Shown: positions 20,826 to 25,714 of the stretch, piece by piece
How positions within the stretch are numbered: the stretch's first letter is position 1
How the letters are laid out: every line of letters begins with the position of its first letter
From: Pseudothermotoga sp.
GTDB lineage: Bacteria; Thermotogota; Thermotogae; Thermotogales; DSM-5069
Reading direction: 5' to 3'
NCBI GenBank assembly: GCA_041640575.1
Contig: JBEPZZ010000022.1
Span: 1-25,714, forward strand
DNA length: 25,714 nucleotides
Position numbers and translations under genes: made by a program
Notes under the pieces: generated by a model
The model's database searches: none
What the model saw: only the letters and a program-made list of their open reading frames with translations
What the model was told of the DNA's origin: nothing

Positions 20826-21179
20826 TCACTCCGCCCTTGAAATAGCCTTTTTCAGTGCTTCTAGTGGTGCCTTTATGCATTCGTAGCCTTTGTCAAAAAA
20901 TTCCATCTCGTCTCTCACATGTTCTTCATTAAGCAAAGATACTGACTCTAAATCTTTTCCATTTGCCAATCTGCATACGGCTTCAGAGGCTGCAATAACC
21001 CTAGGACAGCCAGAAGCCTTGAATGCTATATCTCTTATCAAACTGTTCTGAACTTTGAGGAAAATTCTTACCCTATCCCCATGCTCTGGGTAAACCACCT
21101 CTGCCGTGTGAGTATACTCAATTTCATTACAATGCCTTGGATACATGAAAAGTTCCTTAAATTTCGCAGAGTAAGCCAT
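20826..21179 (-). CDS. Divergent IscU/NifU-N-like scaffold protein
   Basis: YS...F..PR, HGD in place of CGD, FKASGC..IAAS, GK and YEC. Start is ATG 21179 or GTG 21188. Confidence 0.8.
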   Translation of the reverse strand: MAYSAKFKELFMYPRHCNEIEYTHTAEVVYPEHGDRVRIFLKVQNSLIRDIAFKASGCPRVIAASEAVCRLANGKDLESVSLLNEEHVRDEMEFFDKGYECIKAPLEALKKAISRAE

Positions 21180-21184
21180 GTTGA

Positions 21185-22318
21185 TCACCTCTCAAGCTTT
21201 CGTAGCCTATGCACTTCTTGCTCCAAAACGGACACGAAATAAGCTATTTCCTCTTCAGTATTATCGTATCCAAGGCTTATTCTAACAGCACCATCAATCA
21301 TCCAGTCTTCAAGCTGCATAGCCTCGAGAACATGAGATCTTTTAGTCCCGTGATGTGAAGAACAAGCTGAAGCCGTGGATACCGAAATTCCATGCATATC
21401 TAAAGCTGTTGCCAAGGCTTCCCCATGTATACCTTTGAAAGAAACGTTTACATGGGTAGGAATAGTGCTGGTTCCATTGATATGATGATTTGGGATTGTT
21501 TCAATTGCATCGATAATCATTTTCCTAAGTTTTTTAACCTTATCATTCCACACCTCAAAATTTCGATCAATCACTTTGAGTGCTGTAGCCATTCCTACTG
21601 CTCCAGGTACATTCTCAGTCCCGCTTCTCAGACCTTTCTCATGACCACCGCCAAAAATTATCGGTTCCACCTTTGTTGAATTCTTGATATATAAGAAGCC
21701 GGATCCTTTAGGAGCATAAAATTTGTGCCCAGATGCTGAAAGCATGTCCAGAATTCTTGCATCAACCCGAATTTTACCAATTGCTTGGACGGCGTCAGAA
21801 TGGAAAACAATCCCATGCTCCCTACAAATGCTAGAAATTTCTTCAATTGGTTGGATGACTCCAGTTTCGTTGTTAACCCACATAACGGATACGATAACTG
21901 TATTCTTACGTATAGCTTTTCTAAGATCGTCTGGCAACACGTACCCATCGGGAGTTGGCGAAAGATAGGTCACCTCATAGCCATTTTTTTCCAGATATTT
22001 CGCCACTTCTAAAACAGCGGGATGCTCTATCTTAGTTGTAATTATGTGCCCACCATTCGGGAAATTTGCTCGCAAAAATCCTATTATTGCAAGATTGTCA
22101 GACTCTGTTCCACCAGAAGTGAATATCAATTCATCTGGAGAGCAATTGATGAATTGAGCAATCACTTTACGCGAATCCTCGTAAACCTTTTTTGCCTCTT
22201 CACCATGAGAGTGCGAGCTTGAAGCATTTCCAAATGTTGAAACAAAAATTTTCCCAACCTCCCGCACCACGTCACTGAAAACAGCTGTTGTGGCAGCGTG
22301 GTCGAGGTAGACTCTCAT
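21185..22318 (-). CDS. iscS: Cysteine desulfurase (IscS/NifS group I), canonical
   Basis: YLDHAATT, FTSGGTESDN, EHPAV, VNNETG, HSDAVQ, SGHKFYAPKG, RSGTEN and STASACSS. Confidence 0.95.
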   Translation of the reverse strand: MRVYLDHAATTAVFSDVVREVGKIFVSTFGNASSSHSHGEEAKKVYEDSRKVIAQFINCSPDELIFTSGGTESDNLAIIGFLRANFPNGGHIITTKIEHPAVLEVAKYLEKNGYEVTYLSPTPDGYVLPDDLRKAIRKNTVIVSVMWVNNETGVIQPIEEISSICREHGIVFHSDAVQAIGKIRVDARILDMLSASGHKFYAPKGSGFLYIKNSTKVEPIIFGGGHEKGLRSGTENVPGAVGMATALKVIDRNFEVWNDKVKKLRKMIIDAIETIPNHHINGTSTIPTHVNVSFKGIHGEALATALDMHGISVSTASACSSHHGTKRSHVLEAMQLEDWMIDGAVRISLGYDNTEEEIAYFVSVLEQEVHRLRKLER

Positions 22319-22322
22319 GGTA

Positions 22323-22703
22323 TCACTTCCTCGCTAAGGATTTCTCGTACTCGTCTATGGCCTTTCTAAGAGTATCAACCGCAAGATTACTGCAATGGTA
22401 TTTTACTTGAGGAAGGCCTCCAAGCTTTTCGACGATTTCCTTCCATGTAATCTTTTTTGCCTCTTCAAGCGTCATACCTTTGACAACCTCAGTCATCATA
22501 GACGCAGTAGCGATGTTTGCTGCACAACCGTACGATTCAAATTTTATATCCGTAATTCTCTCGTTTTCAACCTTCAGATAAACAGTCATCATGTCCCCAC
22601 ACGCGATACTACCTTCCGTTGCCTCTGCATCTGGGTCATCTATTTTTCCCATGTTTCTTGGATTCTTAAAGTGGTCTAGAACCAAATCTGTGTATTTCAG
22701 CAT
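22323..22703 (-). CDS. iscU: Fe-S cluster scaffold IscU/NifU-like, canonical
   Basis: DHFKNPRN, ACGD, YGC and LPQVKYHC. ATG 22703 follows SD GGAGGTGA. Confidence 0.95.
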   Translation of the reverse strand: MLKYTDLVLDHFKNPRNMGKIDDPDAEATEGSIACGDMMTVYLKVENERITDIKFESYGCAANIATASMMTEVVKGMTLEEAKKITWKEIVEKLGGLPQVKYHCSNLAVDTLRKAIDEYEKSLARK

Positions 22704-22708
22704 CCAAA

Positions 22709-23881
22709 TCACCTCCCTGGTTTAATAGGGCTAATTTGCCGCAACCAACTAACCACCTTTTTCAATTTTTCGACAGTGTAATCAAGTTCTTCCTTAGTTG
22801 TAAGAGAACTGAAGGAAAAGCGTATCGAACCATGTGCCCTCTCATGATCCCCACCAATTGCAATGATTGCATAATTTGGCTCTAGAGTCTCAGAGGCACA
22901 TGCGGAACCAGTTGCAACTTCTACACCTTCCATGCTCAATGCAAGACTAATCGCCTCCCCTTCTATAAATGAGAAGCTAAAATTCACATTATAAGGTGTT
23001 CTTTTTTCTCCGCGTGGGCCATTGAGTGTCACATGCTCTATCTCAGATTCAATTCTATTGATGAAATATTCTTGAAGTGTCCTCAATCTTGAAAACGTCT
23101 CGTTCATGTTTTTGATAGCAAGTTCCGCGGCTTTAGCCATTCCCATAATTCCAGGAACATTTTCTCCTCCAGGTCGTCTTTTATCGTAAGACTCAGCCCC
23201 ATACATGATTGGCTGGAATTTCACGCCCTTCCTAGCGTATAAAAATCCTACACCCTTTGGCCCATGAAACTTGTGCGCACTCACACTCATCAGATCTATT
23301 CCAAGATTCTGAACGTCTATTGGAAATTTTCCGTACATCTCAGCTGCATCAGTATGAAAGTAAATGCGATGATCGCTTCTTTTCAAAATCTCCGAGATCT
23401 GTTTAAGAGGCATGATCGATCCTACAAATTGTCCGATCGATGTAATGCTCACAAGAATCGTGGTTGCTTTTATCGATCTCTCAAGCGCTTCAAGATCTAT
23501 TATTCCTTCATGGTCAACAGGTACCACTGTTACTTCGAAATCCTCTTTTTGCAACACATCAGCCAGTTTCATTATAGAACCGTGTTCCAGAGCAGAAATG
23601 ATTATATGGTTACCCTTCGATTTGTTTGCTCTCGCAGTACCTAATATTGCTATGTTGTTCGCCTCAGTTGCACCGGACGTAAAAATTATCTCTTCCGGCG
23701 AAGAAGCATTTATAGTTCGTGCGAAAAACTCCCTGGCTGATTCAACATCGTCATAGATTTCCTGCGCAGATTCATAAAGGCCATCAGGTCTTGCAAATTT
23801 TTCAGTCATGTATTTAGTTACTACTTCAGCGACCTCGGGAAGAACTTTTGTCGTCCTATCATTATCTAAGAAAACTTTCAT
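22709..23881 (-). CDS. Cysteine desulfurase family protein, divergent active site
   Basis: FTSGATEANN, EH, SAHKFHGPKG, ATGSACAS and GSIRFS are present, but it reads FLDNDRTT, SIGQFVG, HTDAAE and RPGGEN at normally conserved sites. Confidence 0.9.
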   Translation of the reverse strand: MKVFLDNDRTTKVLPEVAEVVTKYMTEKFARPDGLYESAQEIYDDVESAREFFARTINASSPEEIIFTSGATEANNIAILGTARANKSKGNHIIISALEHGSIMKLADVLQKEDFEVTVVPVDHEGIIDLEALERSIKATTILVSITSIGQFVGSIMPLKQISEILKRSDHRIYFHTDAAEMYGKFPIDVQNLGIDLMSVSAHKFHGPKGVGFLYARKGVKFQPIMYGAESYDKRRPGGENVPGIMGMAKAAELAIKNMNETFSRLRTLQEYFINRIESEIEHVTLNGPRGEKRTPYNVNFSFSFIEGEAISLALSMEGVEVATGSACASETLEPNYAIIAIGGDHERAHGSIRFSFSSLTTKEELDYTVEKLKKVVSWLRQISPIKPGR

Positions 23882-23892
23882 TTTGAACCTCC

Positions 23893-24717
23893 TTAATCAA
23901 GCCGATTTATCACTTTCATTATTATTGTTGCAATCTTTTTTCCCGCTTTATCTGCTATTTCTAATACTTCCTCTGCAGTTAAAGGCTTTAGATCCTCAGG
24001 AACAGCTCTGTCTGTTATTGCGGACAAACCAAGAACTTTCATACCAGCGTGGTTTGCAACTATCACTTCAGGCACAGTGGACATTCCAACAGCATCTGCT
24101 CCAAAATTTCTAAGCATTCTGAGCTCAGCACGTGTTTCGAAATTTGGTCCAGCTACCGCAACATATACTCCCTTGTAAACTTCTATACCCTCATTTTTCG
24201 CAACCTCTTCAGCGATCTTTATCAATTCTTTGCTGTATGGCTCGCTCATGTCCGGGAACCTAGGACCCCATTCATCAACATTCGGCCCAAATAGAGGGTT
24301 GTCGCCCATGAAATTTATGTGATCTGTTATTATCATTGGCTTTCCAACATCAAAAATCGGATTCAACCCTCCAGAAGCATTTGTGACAAATAGATATTTC
24401 ACACCCAGTAACTGCATAACTCTTATAGGGAAGGTCACGTCCTGCATCGAATATCCTTCGTAATAATGGAATCTACCGTTCATCAACATTACATCTTTAC
24501 CAGATAACTTTCCAAACAAAAGTTCACCCTTATGACCAGGAGCTGTTGATATCGGGAAACCTGGTATCTCGGAGTATTTTATAACTATTGGATTTTCTAG
24601 CGATTGAGCTATCCCGCCTAAACCGGATCCAAGTATTATAGCAAACTTCGGCTGTATATTAACTCTGTGCTTCAAGTATTCTACAGCCTTCATCACTCTT
24701 TCAACGTATTCCCTCAT
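23893..24717 (-). CDS. Purine nucleoside phosphorylase, trimeric (PunA/XapA) type
   Basis: ILGSGLG, GHKG, GRFHYYEG, TNASGG, DHIN, RFPDM, GPNFET.AE and VGMSTVPE. ATG 24717 follows SD GGGGGTG. Confidence 0.95.
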   Translation of the reverse strand: MREYVERVMKAVEYLKHRVNIQPKFAIILGSGLGGIAQSLENPIVIKYSEIPGFPISTAPGHKGELLFGKLSGKDVMLMNGRFHYYEGYSMQDVTFPIRVMQLLGVKYLFVTNASGGLNPIFDVGKPMIITDHINFMGDNPLFGPNVDEWGPRFPDMSEPYSKELIKIAEEVAKNEGIEVYKGVYVAVAGPNFETRAELRMLRNFGADAVGMSTVPEVIVANHAGMKVLGLSAITDRAVPEDLKPLTAEEVLEIADKAGKKIATIIMKVINRLD

Positions 24718-24763
24718 TGACCGCACCCCCTAATTTTCGTGTTTTTGGCACTGAACCCTGCTA

Positions 24764-24791
24764 ATTATATTCTACAGATTTCACATTACAA
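24764..24791 (-). promoter_or_regulatory. Candidate sigma70 promoter TTGTAA-N16-TATAAT for the PNP-isc-ZIP operon
   Basis: Minus-strand -35 at 24791-24786 and perfect -10 at 24769-24764. Confidence 0.55.
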
Positions 24792-24824
24792 AAATATTAG
24801 ATCTTTTTTGTCCAATATGTTTCA

Positions 24825-25714
24825 CTATAAAATTATCAACGAACCATTCTGCTTAAAATCTCCCCTGTGGACATCTTCAACCAAAGACAAATGAGAATCT
24901 AGGTCATGATAGGCAAAAGCACCAGTGCCAGCCGCGAAATGAACACTTGGCGAAATTCCCAAACTGCTCTCACCCATGCAACCAATCATCAATTGAAGGC
25001 CAGCAGCTTTTGCAAGCTTTACTATCGCTAAAGCATCGCTCAAGCCCGATTTCATAAGTTTTACGTTTATCATGTCAGCAGCTTCTTCTTTTATGATCTT
25101 GATGGCATCATACATTGTGAATACCGATTCATCAGCAGCAACTGGATAAGGACTGTTCCATCTTACAAACTTCAAACCATCGATGTCAGTTTTCCTAACT
25201 GGTTGCTCGAAAACAACCACATTTATTCCTTCTCGATGAAGCGCTTGTATGAATTCTATTGCCTGTTTTGGAGTATAACCTTGATTTGCATCAACAATAA
25301 ATGATAAATCTCTTGATATTTCACTCACTCGCACAACTTTTTCTACATCCTCATGTAGATTCCTGCCAACCTTTAACTTGAGTATTTTGAACCCCTCCGA
25401 ATAATATTTCTCAGCTTTTTCCAATGTTCTCTCGAGTGTTGTTATGCCTATTGTTATATCTGTTTCTATTTTGTCCTTCGCACCACCGAAAAACTCGTAT
25501 TGTCTAAGACCATGTCTCTTACAAAATGCATCAATAACAGCACACTCTATGGCTGCCTTTATTGCAGGTGTAGCTCCAAGCTTTTGAGTTCGCTCAAAGA
25601 TTGATTCATACCTCTCAACCGACATTCCATAGACCATTTCTTTAACTGTGTTCTCCATTTTTTCAAGCATTTCGGGAGTTTCCCCAGAAATTGCAAACAA
25701 AGCTGATGCCTCAC
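24825..25714 (-). CDS. Dipeptide epimerase (L-Ala-D/L-Glu epimerase family, enolase superfamily); N-terminus beyond window end
   Basis: KLKVG, VDANQG, EQP, ADES, NVKLMK, GCMGES and DLD. The frame stays open to the window end (..EASALFAISGET). Confidence 0.9.
   Translation of the reverse strand, partial: EASALFAISGETPEMLEKMENTVKEMVYGMSVERYESIFERTQKLGATPAIKAAIECAVIDAFCKRHGLRQYEFFGGAKDKIETDITIGITTLERTLEKAEKYYSEGFKILKLKVGRNLHEDVEKVVRVSEISRDLSFIVDANQGYTPKQAIEFIQALHREGINVVVFEQPVRKTDIDGLKFVRWNSPYPVAADESVFTMYDAIKIIKEEAADMINVKLMKSGLSDALAIVKLAKAAGLQLMIGCMGESSLGISPSVHFAAGTGAFAYHDLDSHLSLVEDVHRGDFKQNGSLIIL

Overview
A gene-dense, AT-rich core-chromosome window with no mobile element, CRISPR array or long repeat that I could see. 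The speD and speE proteins closely resemble their Thermotoga maritima counterparts as I recall them, so the source is probably a Thermotogota bacterium (Thermotoga/Pseudothermotoga-like; inference). From left to right: (-) dCMP deaminase with 2-oxoacid:ferredoxin oxidoreductase beta and gamma; (+) XRE-cupin regulator, speD, speE, prmA, DUF501, ECF sigma, anti-sigma-like protein, exported protein, COG1031-type radical SAM/HhH protein and hisS; (-) DppA/M55 aminopeptidase; (+) LipS1-like radical SAM, split methylmalonyl-CoA mutase and meaB; (-) tRNA-Pro(CGG); (+) mtnN-like nucleosidase and ligA; (-) PepV; (+) an exported beta-rich protein and a metallophosphoesterase; (-) a partial dipeptide epimerase, then PNP, iscS', iscU, iscS, iscU' and a ZIP transporter. 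The best leads are four. First, a tandem iscS'-iscU-iscS-iscU' cassette in which each pair has one canonical and one degenerate partner. Second, a LipS1-like sulfur-insertion radical SAM heading the B12 mutase operon. Third, a probably autoregulated ECF sigma/anti-sigma module containing an uncharacterised CX5CX2C radical SAM-HhH enzyme. Fourth, a trimeric-type PNP with Asp at the Asn243 specificity position.
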